Shown: positions 12,926 to 28,900 of the stretch, piece by piece
Numbering within the stretch: the first letter of the stretch is position 1
How the letters are laid out: the number at the start of each line of letters is the position of its first letter
Source of the DNA: Eledone cirrhosa
Lineage: Eukaryota
Direction: 5' to 3'
NCBI GenBank assembly: GCA_964016885.1
Contig: CAXHJY010000346.1
Location: forward strand, 62,001 to 126,000
Length of the DNA: 64,000 nt
Made by a program: the position numbers and the translations under genes
Notes under the pieces: model-generated
The model's input: the letters and a program-made list of their open reading frames with translations, nothing else
The model's database searches: none
Told to the model about the DNA's origin: nothing

Positions 12926-15900
12926 TCACGCCACACATAGCCAATGAGTGTCTGCACATGTACCAGTAATTACAGATCGATCCGACCACGGGCGGCCGGC
13001 CCGCGATTGAAAAGGTAACTCCGCCGGCAAATCGTCATTTTTGGATTCGTTTTCTTCGAAGCACACCATTCGCCGGCGGACTTTGTTGACGTTTAACACG
13101 GTTTGGTTCCACAGCCACAACTATTGATTTTACGGAGATATCTTGCTGAAATTCACGCCACCCATAGCCAATGAGTGTCTGCACATGTACCAGTAATTAC
13201 AGATCGATCCGACCACGGGCGGCCGGCCCGCGATTGAAAAGGTAACTCCGCCGGCAAATCGTCATTTTTGGATTCGTTTTCTTCGAAGCACACCATTCGC
13301 CGGCGGACTTTGCTGACGTTTAACACGGTTTGGTTCCACAGCCACAACTATTGATTTTACGGAGATATCTTGCTGAAATTCACGCCACCCATAGCCAATG
13401 AGTGTCTGCACATCTACCAGTAATTACAGATCGATCCGACCACGGGCGGCCGGCCCGCGATTGAAAAGGTAACTCCGCCGGCAAATCGTCATTTTTGGAT
13501 TCGTTTTCTTCGAAGCACACCATTCGCCGGCGGACTTTGCTGACGTTTAACACGGTTTGGTTCCACAGCCACAACTATTGATTTTACGGAGATATCTTGC
13601 TGAAATTCACGCCACACATAGCCAATGAGTGTCTGCACATGTACCAGTAATTACAGATCGACCCGACCACGGGCGGCCGGCCCGCGATTGAAAAGGTAAC
13701 TCCGCCGGCAAATCGTCATTTTTGGATTCGTTTTCTTCGAAGCACACCATTCGCCGGCGGACTTTGTTGACGTTTAACACGGTTTGGTTCCACAGCCACA
13801 ACTATTGATTTTACGGAGATATCTTGCTGAAATTCACGCCACACATAGCCAATGAGTGTCTGCACATGTACCAGTAATTACAGATCGATCCGACCACGGG
13901 CGGCCGGGCCGCGATTGAAAAGGTAACTCCGCCGGCAAATCGTCATTTTTGGATTCGTTTTCTTCGAAGCACACCATTCGCCGGCGGACTTTGCTGACGT
14001 TTAACACGGTTTGGTTCCACAGCCACAACTATTGATTTTACGGAGATATCTTGCTGAAATTCACGCCACACATAGCCAATGAGTGTCTGCACATGTACCA
14101 GTAATTACAGATCGATCCGACCACGGGCGGCCGGCCCGCGATTGAAAAGGTAACTCCGCCGGCAAATCGTCATTTTTGGATTCGTTTTCTTCGAAGCACA
14201 CCATTCGCCGGCGGACTTTGTTGACGTTTAACACGGTTTGGTTCCACAGCCACAACTATTGATTTTACGGAGATATCTTGCTGAAATTCACGCCACACAT
14301 AGCCAATGAGTGTCTGCACATGTACCAGTAATTACAGATCGATCCGACCACGGGCGGCCGGCCCGCGATTGAAAAGGTAACTCCGCCGGCAAATCGTCAT
14401 TTTTGGATTCGTTTTCTTCGAAGCACACCATTTGCCGGCGGACTTTGCTGACGTTTAACACGGTTTGGTTCCACAGCCACAACTATTGATTTTACGGAGA
14501 TATCTTGCTGGAATTCACGCCACACATAGCCAATGAGTGTCTGCACATGTACCAGTAATTACAGATCGATCCGACCACGGGCGGCCGGCCCGCGATTGAA
14601 AAGGTAACTCCGCCGGCAAATCGTCATTTTTGGATTCGTTTTCTTCGAAGCACACCATTTGCCGGCGGACTTTGCTGACGTTTAACACGGTTTGGTTCCA
14701 CAGCCACAACTATTGATTTTACGGAGATATCTTGCTGGAATTCACGCCACACATAGCCAATGAGTGTCTGCACATGTACCAGTAATTACAGATCGATCCG
14801 ACCACGGGCGGCCGGCCCGCGATTGAAAAGGTAACTCCGCCGGCAAATCGTCATTTTTGGATTCGTTTTCTTCGAAGCACACCATTCGCCGGCGGACTTT
14901 GTTGACGTTTAACACGGTTTGGTTCCACAGCCACAACTATTGATTTTACGGAGATATCTTGCTGAAATTCACGCCACCCATAGCCAATGAGTGTCTGCAC
15001 ATGTACCAGTAATTACAGATCGATCCGACCACGGGCGGCCGGCCCGCGATTGAAAAGGTAACTCCGCCGGCAAATCGTCATTTTTGGATTCGTTTTCTTC
15101 GAAGCACACCATTCGCCGGCGGACTTTGCTGACGTTTAACACGGTTTGGTTCCACAACCACAACTATTGATTTTACGGAGATATCTTGCTGAAATTCACG
15201 CCACACATAGCCAATGAGTGTCTGCACATGTACCAGTAATTACAGATCGATCCGACCACGGGCGGCCGGCCCGCGATTGAAAAGGTAACTCCGCCGGCAA
15301 ATCGTCATTTTTGGATTCGTTTTCTTCGAAGCACACCATTCGCCGGCGGACTTTGTTGACGTTTAACACGGTTTGGTTCCACAGCCACAACTATTGATTT
15401 TACGGAGATATCTTGCTGAAATTCACGCCACCCATAGCCAATGAGTGTCTGCACATGTACCAGTAATTACAGATCGATCCGACCACGGGCGGCCGGCCCG
15501 CGATTGGAAAGGTAACTCCGCCGGCAAATCGTCATTTTTGGATTCGTTTTCTTCGAAGCACACCATTCGCCGGCGGACTTTGCTGACGTTTAACACGGTT
15601 TGGTTCCACAGCCACAACTATTGATTTTACGGAGATATCTTGCTGAAATTCACGCCACACATAGCCAATGAGTGTCTGCACATGTACCAGTAATTACAGA
15701 TCGATCCGACCACGGGCGGCCGGCCCGCGATTGAAAAGGTAACTCCGCCGGCAAATCGTCATTTTTGGATTCGTTTTCTTCGAAGCACACCATTTGCCGG
15801 CGGACTTTGCTGACGTTTAACACGGTTTGGTTCCACAGCCACAACTATTGATTTTACGGAGATATCTTGCTGGAATTCACGCCACACATAGCCAATGAGT

Positions 15901-18900
15901 GTCTGCACATGTACCAGTAATTACAGATCGATCCGACCACGGGCGGCCGGCCCGCGATTGAAAAGGTAACTCCGCCGGCAAATCGTCATTTTTGGATTCG
16001 TTTTCTTCGAAGCACACCATTCGCCGGCGGACTTTGCTGACGTTTAACACGGTTTGGTTCCACAGCCACAACTATTGATTTTACGGAGATATCTTGCTGG
16101 AATTCACGCCACACATAGCCAATGAGTGTCTGCACATGTACCAGTAATTACAGATCGATCCGACCACGGGCGGCCGGCCCGCGATTGAAAAGGTAACTCC
16201 GCCGGCAAATCGTCATTTTTGGATTCGTTTTCTTCGAAGCACACCATTCGCCGGCGGACTTTGTTGACGTTTAACACGGTTTGGTTCCACAGCCACAACT
16301 ATTGATTTTACGGAGATATCTTGCTGAAATTCACGCCACCCATAGCCAATGAGTGTCTGCACATGTACCAGTAATTACAGATCGATCCGACCACGGGCGG
16401 CCGGCCCGCGATTGAAAAGGTAACTCCGCCGGCAAATCGTCATTTTTGGATTCGTTTTCTTCGAAGCACACCATTCGCCGGCGGACTTTGCTGACGTTTA
16501 ACACGGTTTGGTTCCACAACCACAACTATTGATTTTACGGAGATATCTTGCTGAAATTCACGCCACACATAGCCAATGAGTGTCTGCACATGTACCAGTA
16601 ATTACAGATCGATCCGACCACGGGCGGCCGGCCCGCGATTGAAAAGGTAACTCCGCCGGCAAATCGTCATTTTTGGATTCGTTTTCTTCGAAGCACACCA
16701 TTCGCCGGCGGACTTTGTTGACGTTTAACACGGTTTGGTTCCACAGCCACAACTATTGATTTTACGGAGATATCTTGCTGAAATTCACGCCACCCATAGC
16801 CAATGAGTGTCTGCACATGTACCAGTAATTACAGATCGATCCGACCACGGGCGGCCGGCCCGCGATTGGAAAGGTAACTCCGCCGGCAAATCGTCATTTT
16901 TGGATTCGTTTTCTTCGAAGCACACCATTCGCCGGCGGACTTTGCTGACGTTTAACACGGTTTGGTTCCACAGCCACAACTATTGATTTTACGGAGATAT
17001 CTTGCTGAAATTCACGCCACACATAGCCAATGAGTGTCTGCACATGTACCAGTAATTACAGATCGATCCGACCACGGGCGGCCGGCCCGCGATTGAAAAG
17101 GTAACTCCGCCGGCAAATCGTCATTTTTGGATTCGTTTTCTTCGAAGCACACCATTTGCCGGCGGACTTTGCTGACGTTTAACACGGTTTGGTTCCACAG
17201 CCACAACTATTGATTTTACGGAGATATCTTGCTGGAATTCACGCCACACATAGCCAATGAGTGTCTGCACATGTACCAGTAATTACAGATCGATCCGACC
17301 ACGGGCGGCCGGCCCGCGATTGAAAAGGTAACTCCGCCGGCAAATCGTCATTTTTGGATTCGTTTTCTTCGAAGCACACCATTCGCCGGCGGACTTTGCT
17401 GACGTTTAACACGGTTTGGTTCCACAACCACAACTATTGATTTTACGGAGATATCTTGCTGAAATTCACGCCACACATAGCCAATGAGTGTCTGCACATG
17501 TACCAGTAATTACAGATCGATCCGACCACGGGCGGCCGGCCCGCGATTGAAAAGGTAACTCCGCCGGCAAATCGTCATTTTTGGATTCGTTTTCTTCGAA
17601 GCACACCATTCGCCGGCGGACTTTGTTGACGTTTAACACGGTTTGGTTCCACAGCCACAACTATTGATTTTACGGAGATATCTTGCTGAAATTCACGCCA
17701 CCCATAGCCAATGAGTGTCTGCACATGTACCAGTAATTACAGATCGATCCGACCACGGGCGGCCGGCCCGCGATTGGAAAGGTAACTCCGCCGGCAAATC
17801 GTCATTTTTGGATTCGTTTTCTTCGAAGCACACCATTCGCCAGCGGACTTTGCTGACGTTTAACACGGTTTGGTTCCACAGCCACAACTATTGATTTTAC
17901 GGAGATATCTTGCTGAAATTCACGCCACACATAGCCAATGAGTGTCTGCACATGTACCAGTAATTACAGATCGATCCGACCACGGGCGGCCGGCCCGCGA
18001 TTGAAAAGGTAACTCCGCCGGCAAATCGTCATTTTTGGATTCGTTTTCTTCGAAGCACACCATTCGCCGGCGGACTTTGCTGACGTTTAACACGGTTTGG
18101 TTCCACAGCCACAACTATTGATTTTACGGAGATATCTTGCTGGAATTCACGCCACACATAGCCAATGAGTGTCTGCACATGTACCAGTAATTACAGATCG
18201 ATCCGACCACGGGCGGCCGGCCCGCGATTGAAAAGGTAACTCCGCCGGCAAATCGTCATTTTTGGATTCGTTTTCTTCGAAGCACACCATTCGCCGGCGG
18301 ACTTTGCTGACGTTTAACACGGTTTGGTTCCACAGCCACAACTATTGATTTTACGGAGATATCTTGCTGAAATTCACGCCACCCATAGCCAATGAGTGTC
18401 TGCACATGTACCAGTAATTACAGATCGATCCGACCACGGGCGGCCGGCCCGCGATTGAAAAGGTAACTCCGCCGGCAAATCGTCATTTTTGGATTCGTTT
18501 TCTTCGAAGCACACCATTCGCCGGCGGACTTTGCTGACGTTTAACACGGTTTGGTTCCACAACCACAACTATTGATTTTACGGAGATATCTTGCTGAAAT
18601 TCACGCCACACATAGCCAATGAGTGTCTGCACATGTACCAGTAATTACAGATCGATCCGACCACGGGCGGCCGGCCCGCGATTGAAAAGGTAACTCCGCC
18701 GGCAAATCGTCATTTTTGGATTCGTTTTCTTCGAAGCACACCATTCGCCGGCGGACTTTGCTGACGTTTAACACGGTTTGGTTCCACAACCACAACTATT
18801 GATTTTACGGAGATATCTTGCTGGAATTCACGCCACACATAGCCAATGAGTGTCTGCACATGTACCAGTAATTACAGATCGATCCGACCACGGGCGGCCG

Positions 18901-21900
18901 GCCCGCGATTGAAAAGGTAACTCCGCCGGCAAATCGTCATTTTTGGATTCGTTTTCTTCGAAGCACACCATTCGCCGGCGGACTTTGCTGACGTTTAACA
19001 CGGTTTGGTTCCACAACCACAACTATTGATTTTACGGAGATATCTTGCTGAAATTCACGCCACACATAGCCAATGAGTGTCTGCACATGTACCAGTAATT
19101 ACAGATCGATCCGACCACGGGCGGCCGGCCCGCGATTGAAAAGGTAACTCCGCCGGCAAATCGTCATTTTTGGATTCGTTTTCTTCGAAGCACACCATTC
19201 GCCGGCGGACTTTGTTGACGTTTAACACGGTTTGGTTCCACAGCCACAACTATTGATTTTACGGAGATATCTTGCTGAAATTCACGCCACCCATAGCCAA
19301 TGAGTGTCTGCACATGTACCAGTAATTACAGATCGATCCGACCACGGGCGGCCGGCCCGCGATTGAAAAGGTAACTCCGCCGGCAAATCGTCATTTTTGG
19401 ATTCGTTTTCTTCGAAGCACACCATTCGCCGGCGGACTTTGCTGACGTTTAACACGGTTTGGTTCCACAGCCACAACTATTGATTTTACGGAGATATCTT
19501 GCTGAAATTCACGCCACACATAGCCAATGAGTGTCTGCACATGTACCAGTAATTACAGATCGATCCGACCACGGGCGGCCGGCCCGCGATTGAAAAGGTA
19601 ACTCCGCCGGCAAATCGTCATTTTTGGATTCGTTTTCTTCGAAGCACACCATTCGCCGGCGGACTTTGTTGACGTTTAACACGGTTTGGTTCCACAGCCA
19701 CAACTATTGATTTTACGGAGATATCTTGCTGAAATTCACGCCACCCATAGCCAATGAGTGTCTGCACATGTACCAGTAATTACAGATCGATCCGACCACG
19801 GGCGGCCGGCCCGCGATTGGAAAGGTAACTCCGCCGGCAAATCGTCATTTTTGGATTCGTTTTCTTCGAAGCACACCATTCGCCAGCGGACTTTGCTGAC
19901 GTTTAACACGGTTTGGTTCCACAGCCACAACTATTGATTTTACGGAGATATCTTGCTGAAATTCACGCCACACATAGCCAATGAGTGTCTGCACATGTAC
20001 CAGTAATTACAGATCGATCCGACCACGGGCGGCCGGCCCGCGATTGAAAAGGTAACTCCGCCGGCAAATCGTCATTTTTGGATTCGTTTTCTTCGAAGCA
20101 CACCATTCGCCGGCGGACTTTGCTGACGTTTAACACGGTTTGGTTCCACAGCCACAACTATTGATTTTACGGAGATATCTTGCTGGAATTCACGCCACAC
20201 ATAGCCAATGAGTGTCTGCACATGTACCAGTAATTACAGATCGATCCGACCACGGGCGGCCGGCCCGCGATTGAAAAGGTAACTCCGCCGGCAAATCGTC
20301 ATTTTTGGATTCGTTTTCTTCGAAGCACACCATTCGCCGGCGGACTTTGCTGACGTTTAACACGGTTTGGTTCCACAGCCACAACTATTGATTTTACGGA
20401 GATATCTTGCTGAAATTCACGCCACCCATAGCCAATGAGTGTCTGCACATGTACCAGTAATTACAGATCGATCCGACCACGGGCGGCCGGCCCGCGATTG
20501 AAAAGGTAACTCCGCCGGCAAATCGTCATTTTTGGATTCGTTTTCTTCGAAGCACACCATTCGCCGGCGGACTTTGCTGACGTTTAACACGGTTTGGTTC
20601 CACAACCACAACTATTGATTTTACGGAGATATCTTGCTGAAATTCACGCCACACATAGCCAATGAGTGTCTGCACATGTACCAGTAATTACAGATCGATC
20701 CGACCACGGGCGGCCGGCCCGCGATTGAAAAGGTAACTCCGCCGGCAAATCGTCATTTTTGGATTCGTTTTCTTCGAAGCACACCATTCGCCGGCGGACT
20801 TTGCTGACGTTTAACACGGTTTGGTTCCACAACCACAACTATTGATTTTACGGAGATATCTTGCTGGAATTCACGCCACACATAGCCAATGAGTGTCTGC
20901 ACATGTACCAGTAATTACAGATCGATCCGACCACGGGCGGCCGGCCCGCGATTGAAAAGGTAACTCCGCCGGCAAATCGTCATTTTTGGATTCGTTTTCT
21001 TCGAAGCACACCATTCGCCGGCGGACTTTGTTGACGTTTAACACGGTTTGGTTCCACAGCCACAACTATTGATTTTACGGAGATATCTTGCTGAAATTCA
21101 CGCCACCCATAGCCAATGAGTGTCTGCACATGTACCAGTAATTACAGATCGATCCGACCACGGGCGGCCGGCCCGCGATTGAAAAGGTAACTCCGCCGGC
21201 AAATCGTCATTTTTGGATTCGTTTTCTTCGAAGCACACCATTCGCCGGCGGACTTTGCTGACGTTTAACACGGTTTGGTTCCACAGCCACAACTATTGAT
21301 TTTACGGAGATATCTTGCTGAAATTCACGCCACCCATAGCCAATGAGTGTCTGCACATCTACCAGTAATTACAGATCGATCCGACCACGGGCGGCCGGCC
21401 CGCGATTGAAAAGGTAACTCCGCCGGCAAATCGTCATTTTTGGATTCGTTTTCTTCGAAGCACACCATTCGCCGGCGGACTTTGCTGACGTTTAACACGG
21501 TTTGGTTCCACAGCCACAACTATTGATTTTACGGAGATATCTTGCTGAAATTCACGCCACACATAGCCAATGAGTGTCTGCACATGTACCAGTAATTACA
21601 GATCGACCCGACCACGGGCGGCCGGCCCGCGATTGAAAAGGTAACTCCGCCGGCAAATCGTCATTTTTGGATTCGTTTTCTTCGAAGCACACCATTCGCC
21701 GGCGGACTTTGTTGACGTTTAACACGGTTTGGTTCCACAGCCACAACTATTGATTTTACGGAGATATCTTGCTGAAATTCACGCCACACATAGCCAATGA
21801 GTGTCTGCACATGTACCAGTAATTACAGATCGATCCGACCACGGGCGGCCGGGCCGCGATTGAAAAGGTAACTCCGCCGGCAAATCGTCATTTTTGGATT

Positions 21901-22686
21901 CGTTTTCTTCGAAGCACACCATTCGCCGGCGGACTTTGCTGACGTTTAACACGGTTTGGTTCCACAGCCACAACTATTGATTTTACGGAGATATCTTGCT
22001 GAAATTCACGCCACACATAGCCAATGAGTGTCTGCACATGTACCAGTAATTACAGATCGATCCGACCACGGGCGGCCGGCCCGCGATTGAAAAGGTAACT
22101 CCGCCGGCAAATCGTCATTTTTGGATTCGTTTTCTTCGAAGCACACCATTCGCCGGCGGACTTTGTTGACGTTTAACACGGTTTGGTTCCACAGCCACAA
22201 CTATTGATTTTACGGAGATATCTTGCTGAAATTCACGCCACACATAGCCAATGAGTGTCTGCACATGTACCAGTAATTACAGATCGATCCGACCACGGGC
22301 GGCCGGCCCGCGATTGAAAAGGTAACTCCGCCGGCAAATCGTCATTTTTGGATTCGTTTTCTTCGAAGCACACCATTTGCCGGCGGACTTTGCTGACGTT
22401 TAACACGGTTTGGTTCCACAGCCACAACTATTGATTTTACGGAGATATCTTGCTGGAATTCACGCCACACATAGCCAATGAGTGTCTGCACATGTACCAG
22501 TAATTACAGATCGATCCGACCACGGGCGGCCGGCCCGCGATTGAAAAGGTAACTCCGCCGGCAAATCGTCATTTTTGGATTCGTTTTCTTCGAAGCACAC
22601 CATTTGCCGGCGGACTTTGCTGACGTTTAACACGGTTTGGTTCCACAGCCACAACTATTGATTTTACGGAGATATCTTGCTGGAAT
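9521..22686. repeat. 23-monomer block (9521-14741) repeated at 17466-22686, offset 35 monomers (7945 bp)
   Basis: g137a markers at 9897/11940 recur at 17842/19885. The g22c-t43c-c62g triplet at 13380 recurs at 21325, and the double c133t units at 14288/14515 recur at 22233/22460. Confidence 0.88.
14742..17465. repeat. Higher-order repeat: near-identical tandem 6-monomer blocks (period 1362 bp)
   Basis: Variant order repeats between 14742-16103 and 16104-17465: a72g units at 15423 and 16785, c133t units at 15650 and 17012. The last monomer differs at positions 176 and 211. Confidence 0.75.
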
Positions 22687-22913
22687 TCACGCCACACATA
22701 GCCAATGAGTGTCTGCACATGTACCAGTAATTACAGATCGATCCGACCACGGGCGGCCGGCCCGCGATTGAAAAGGTAACTCCGCCGGCAAATCGTCATT
22801 TTTGGATTCGTTTTCTTCGAAGCACACCATTCGCCGGCGGACTTTGCTGACGTTTAACACGGTTTGGTTCCACAGCCACAACTATTGATTTTACGGAGAT
22901 ATCTTGCTGGAAT

Positions 22914-25900
22914 TCACGCCACACATAGCCAATGAGTGTCTGCACATGTACCAGTAATTACAGATCGATCCGACCACGGGCGGCCGGCCCGCGATTGAAA
23001 AGGTAACTCCGCCGGCAAATCGTCATTTTTGGATTCGTTTTCTTCGAAGCACACCATTCGCCGGCGGACTTTGCTGACGTTTAACACGGTTTGGTTCCAC
23101 AACCACAACTATTGATTTTACGGAGATATCTTGCTGGAATTCACGCCACTCATAGCCAATGAGTGTCTGCACATGTACCAGTAATTACAGATCGATCCGA
23201 CCACGGGCGGCCGGCCCGCGATTGAAAAGGTAACTCCGCCGGCAAATCGTCATTTTTGGATTCGTTTTCTTCGAAGCACACCATTCGCCGGCGGACTTTG
23301 TTGACGTTTAACACGGTTTGGTTCCACAGCCACAACTATTGATTTTACGGAGATATCTTGCTGAAATTCACGCCACCCATAGCCAATGAGTGTCTGCACA
23401 TGTACCAGTAATTACAGATCGATCCGACCACGGGCGGCCGGCCCGCGATTGAAAAGGTAACTCCGCCGGCAAATCGTCATTTTTGGATTCGTTTTCTTCG
23501 AAGCACACCATTCGCCGGCGGACTTTGCTGACGTTTAACACGGTTTGGTTCCACAACCACAACTATTGATTTTACGGAGATATCTTGCTGAAATTCACGC
23601 CACACATAGCCAATGAGTGTCTGCACATGTACCAGTAATTACAGATCGATCCGACCACGGGCGGCCGGCCCGCGATTTAAAAAGGTAACTCCGCCGGCAA
23701 ATCGTCATTTTTGGATTCGTTTTCTTCGAAGCACACCATTCGCCGGCGGACTTTGCTGACGTTTAACACGGTTTGGTTCCACAACCACAACTATTGATTT
23801 TACGGAGATATCTTGCTGAAATTCACGCCACACATAGCCAATGAGTGTCTGCACATGTACCAGTAATTACAGATCGATCCGACCACGGGCGGCCGGCCCG
23901 CGATTGAAAAGGTAACTCCGCCGGCAAATCGTCATTTTTGGATTCGTTTTCTTCGAAGCACACCATTTGCCGGCGGACTTTGCTGACGTTTAACACGGTT
24001 TGGTTCCACAGCCACAACTATTGATTTTACGGAGATATCTTGCTGGAATTCACGCCACACATAGCCAATGAGTGTCTGCACATGTACCAGTAATTACAGA
24101 TCGATCCGACCACGGGCGGCCGGCCCGCGATTGAAAAGGTAACTCCGCCGGCAAATCGTCATTTTTGGATTCGTTTTCTTCGAAGCACACCATTCGCCGG
24201 CGGACTTTGTTGACGTTTAACACGGTTTGGTTCCACAGCCACAACTATTGATTTTACGGAGATATCTTGCTGAAATTCACGCCACCCATAGCCAATGAGT
24301 GTCTGCACATGTACCAGTAATTACAGATCGATCCGACCACGGGCGGCCGGCCCGCGATTGGAAAGGTAACTCCGCCGGCAAATCGTCATTTTTGGATTCG
24401 TTTTCTTCGAAGCACACCATTCGCCGGCGGACTTTGCTGACGTTTAACACGGTTTGGTTCCACAGCCACAACTATTGATTTTACGGAGATATCTTGCTGG
24501 AATTCACGCCACACATAGCCAATGAGTGTCTGCACATGTACCAGTAATTACAGATCGATCCGACCACGGGCGGCCGGCCCGCGATTGAAAAGGTAACTCC
24601 GCCGGCAAATCGTCATTTTTGGATTCGTTTTCTTCGAAGCACACCATTCGCCGGCGGACTTTGCTGACGTTTAACACGGTTTGGTTCCACAGCCACAACT
24701 ATTGATTTTACGGAGATATCTTGCTGGAATTCACGCCACACATAGCCAATGAGTGTCTGCACATGTACCAGTAATTACAGATCGATCCGACCACGGGCGG
24801 CCGGCCCGCGATTGAAAAGGTAACTCCGCCGGCAAATCGTCATTTTTGGATTCGTTTTCTTCGAAGCACACCATTCGCCGGCGGACTTTGTTGACGTTTA
24901 ACACGGTTTGGTTCCACAGCCACAACTATTGATTTTACGGAGATATCTTGCTGAAATTCACGCCACCCATAGCCAATGAGTGTCTGCACATGTACCAGTA
25001 ATTACAGATCGATCCGACCACGGGCGGCCGGCCCGCGATTGAAAAGGTAACTCCGCCGGCAAATCGTCATTTTTGGATTCGTTTTCTTCGAAGCACACCA
25101 TTCGCCGGCGGACTTTGTTGACGTTTAACACGGTTTGGTTCCACAGCCACAACTATTGATTTTACGGAGATATCTTGCTGAAATTCACGCCACCCATAGC
25201 CAATGAGTGTCTGCACATGTACCAGTAATTACAGATCGATCCGACCACGGGCGGCCGGCCCGCGATTGAAAAGGTAACTCCGCCGGCAAATCGTCATTTT
25301 TGGATTCGTTTTCTTCGAAGCACACCATTCGCCGGCGGACTTTGCTGACGTTTAACACGGTTTGGTTCCACAGCCACAACTATTGATTTTACGGAGATAT
25401 CTTGCTGAAATTCACGCCACCCATAGCCAATGAGTGTCTGCACATCTACCAGTAATTACAGATCGATCCGACCACGGGCGGCCGGCCCGCGATTTAAAAG
25501 GTAACTCCGCCGGCAAATCGTCATTTTTGGATTCGTTTTCTTCGAAGCACACCATTCGCCGGCGGACTTTGCTGACGTTTAACACGGTTTGGTTCCACAG
25601 CCACAACTATTGATTTTACGGAGATATCTTGCTGAAATTCACGCCACACATAGCCAATGAGTGTCTGCACATGTACCAGTAATTACAGATCGACCCGACC
25701 ACGGGCGGCCGGCCCGCGATTGAAAAGGTAACTCCGCCGGCAAATCGTCATTTTTGGATTCGTTTTCTTCGAAGCACACCATTCGCCGGCGGACTTTGTT
25801 GACGTTTAACACGGTTTGGTTCCACAGCCACAACTATTGATTTTACGGAGATATCTTGCTGAAATTCACGCCACACATAGCCAATGAGTGTCTGCACATG

Positions 25901-28900
25901 TACCAGTAATTACAGATCGATCCGACCACGGGCGGCCGGGCCGCGATTGAAAAGGTAACTCCGCCGGCAAATCGTCATTTTTGGATTCGTTTTCTTCGAA
26001 GCACACCATTCGCCGGCGGACTTTGCTGACGTTTAACACGGTTTGGTTCCACAGCCACAACTATTGATTTTACGGAGATATCTTGCTGAAATTCACGCCA
26101 CACATAGCCAATGAGTGTCTGCACATGTACCAGTAATTACAGATCGATCCGACCACGGGCGGCCGGCCCGCGATTGAAAAGGTAACTCCGCCGGCAAATC
26201 GTCATTTTTGGATTCGTTTTCTTCGAAGCACACCATTTGCCGGCGGACTTTGCTGACGTTTAACACGGTTTGGTTCCACAGCCACAACTATTGATTTTAC
26301 GGAGATATCTTGCTGGAATTCACGCCACACATAGCCAATGAGTGTCTGCACATGTACCAGTAATTACAGATCGATCCGACCACGGGCGGCCGGCCCGCGA
26401 TTGAAAAGGTAACTCCGCCGGCAAATCGTCATTTTTGGATTCGTTTTCTTCGAAGCACACCATTCGCCGGCGGACTTTGTTGACGTTTAACACGGTTTGG
26501 TTCCACAGCCACAACTATTGATTTTACGGAGATATCTTGCTGAAATTCACGCCACCCATAGCCAATGAGTGTCTGCACATGTACCAGTAATTACAGATCG
26601 ATCCGACCACGGGCGGCCGGCCCGCGATTGAAAAGGTAACTCCGCCGGCAAATCGTCATTTTTGGATTCGTTTTCTTCGAAGCACACCATTCGCCGGCGG
26701 ACTTTGTTGACGTTTAACACGGTTTGGTTCCACAGCCACAACTATTGATTTTACGGAGATATCTTGCTGAAATTCACGCCACCCATAGCCAATGAGTGTC
26801 TGCACATCTACCAGTAATTACAGATCGATCCGACCACGGGCGGCCGGCCCGCGATTTAAAAGGTAACTCCGCCGGCAAATCGTCATTTTTGGATTCGTTT
26901 TCTTCGAAGCACACCATTCGCCGGCGGACTTTGCTGACGTTTAACACGGTTTGGTTCCACAGCCACAACTATTGATTTTACGGAGATATCTTGCTGAAAT
27001 TCACGCCACACATAGCCAATGAGTGTCTGCACATGTACCAGTAATTACAGATCGACCCGACCACGGGCGGCCGGCCCGCGATTGAAAAGGTAACTCCGCC
27101 GGCAAATCGTCATTTTTGGATTCGTTTTCTTCGAAGCACACCATTCGCCGGCGGACTTTGTTGACGTTTAACACGGTTTGGTTCCACAGCCACAACTATT
27201 GATTTTACGGAGATATCTTGCTGAAATTCACGCCACACATAGCCAATGAGTGTCTGCACATGTACCAGTAATTACAGATCGATCCGACCACGGGCGGCCG
27301 GGCCGCGATTGAAAAGGTAACTCCGCCGGCAAATCGTCATTTTTGGATTCGTTTTCTTCGAAGCACACCATTCGCCGGCGGACTTTGCTGACGTTTAACA
27401 CGGTTTGGTTCCACAGCCACAACTATTGATTTTACGGAGATATCTTGCTGAAATTCACGCCACACATAGCCAATGAGTGTCTGCACATGTACCAGTAATT
27501 ACAGATCGATCCGACCACGGGCGGCCGGCCCGCGATTGAAAAGGTAACTCCGCCGGCAAATCGTCATTTTTGGATTCGTTTTCTTCGAAGCACACCATTT
27601 GCCGGCGGACTTTGCTGACGTTTAACACGGTTTGGTTCCACAGCCACAACTATTGATTTTACGGAGATATCTTGCTGGAATTCACGCCACACATAGCCAA
27701 TGAGTGTCTGCACATGTACCAGTAATTACAGATCGATCCGACCACGGGCGGCCGGCCCGCGATTGAAAAGGTAACTCCGCCGGCAAATCGTCATTTTTGG
27801 ATTCGTTTTCTTCGAAGCACACCATTCGCCGGCGGACTTTGTTGACGTTTAACACGGTTTGGTTCCACAGCCACAACTATTGATTTTACGGAGATATCTT
27901 GCTGAAATTCACGCCACCCATAGCCAATGAGTGTCTGCACATGTACCAGTAATTACAGATCGATCCGACCACGGGCGGCCGGCCCGCGATTGAAAAGGTA
28001 ACTCCGCCGGCAAATCGTCATTTTTGGATTCGTTTTCTTCGAAGCACACCATTCGCCGGCGGACTTTGTTGACGTTTAACACGGTTTGGTTCCACAGCCA
28101 CAACTATTGATTTTACGGAGATATCTTGCTGAAATTCACGCCACCCATAGCCAATGAGTGTCTGCACATGTACCAGTAATTACAGATCGATCCGACCACG
28201 GGCGGCCGGCCCGCGATTGAAAAGGTAACTCCGCCGGCAAATCGTCATTTTTGGATTCGTTTTCTTCGAAGCACACCATTCGCCGGCGGACTTTGCTGAC
28301 GTTTAACACGGTTTGGTTCCACAACCACAACTATTGATTTTACGGAGATATCTTGCTGAAATTCACGCCACACATAGCCAATGAGTGTCTGCACATGTAC
28401 CAGTAATTACAGATCGATCCGACCACGGGCGGCCGGCCCGCGATTGAAAAGGTAACTCCGCCGGCAAATCGTCATTTTTGGATTCGTTTTCTTCGAAGCA
28501 CACCATTCGCCGGCGGACTTTGCTGACGTTTAACACGGTTTGGTTCCACAACCACAACTATTGATTTTACGGAGATATCTTGCTGAAATTCACGCCACAC
28601 ATAGCCAATGAGTGTCTGCACATGTACCAGTAATTACAGATCGATCCGACCACGGGCGGCCGGCCCGCGATTGAAAAGGTAACTCCGCCGGCAAATCGTC
28701 ATTTTTGGATTCGTTTTCTTCGAAGCACACCATTCGCCGGCGGACTTTGCTGACGTTTAACACGGTTTGGTTCCACAACCACAACTATTGATTTTACGGA
28801 GATATCTTGCTGAAATTCACGCCACACATAGCCAATGAGTGTCTGCACATGTACCAGTAATTACAGATCGATCCGACCACGGGCGGCCGGCCCGCGATTG

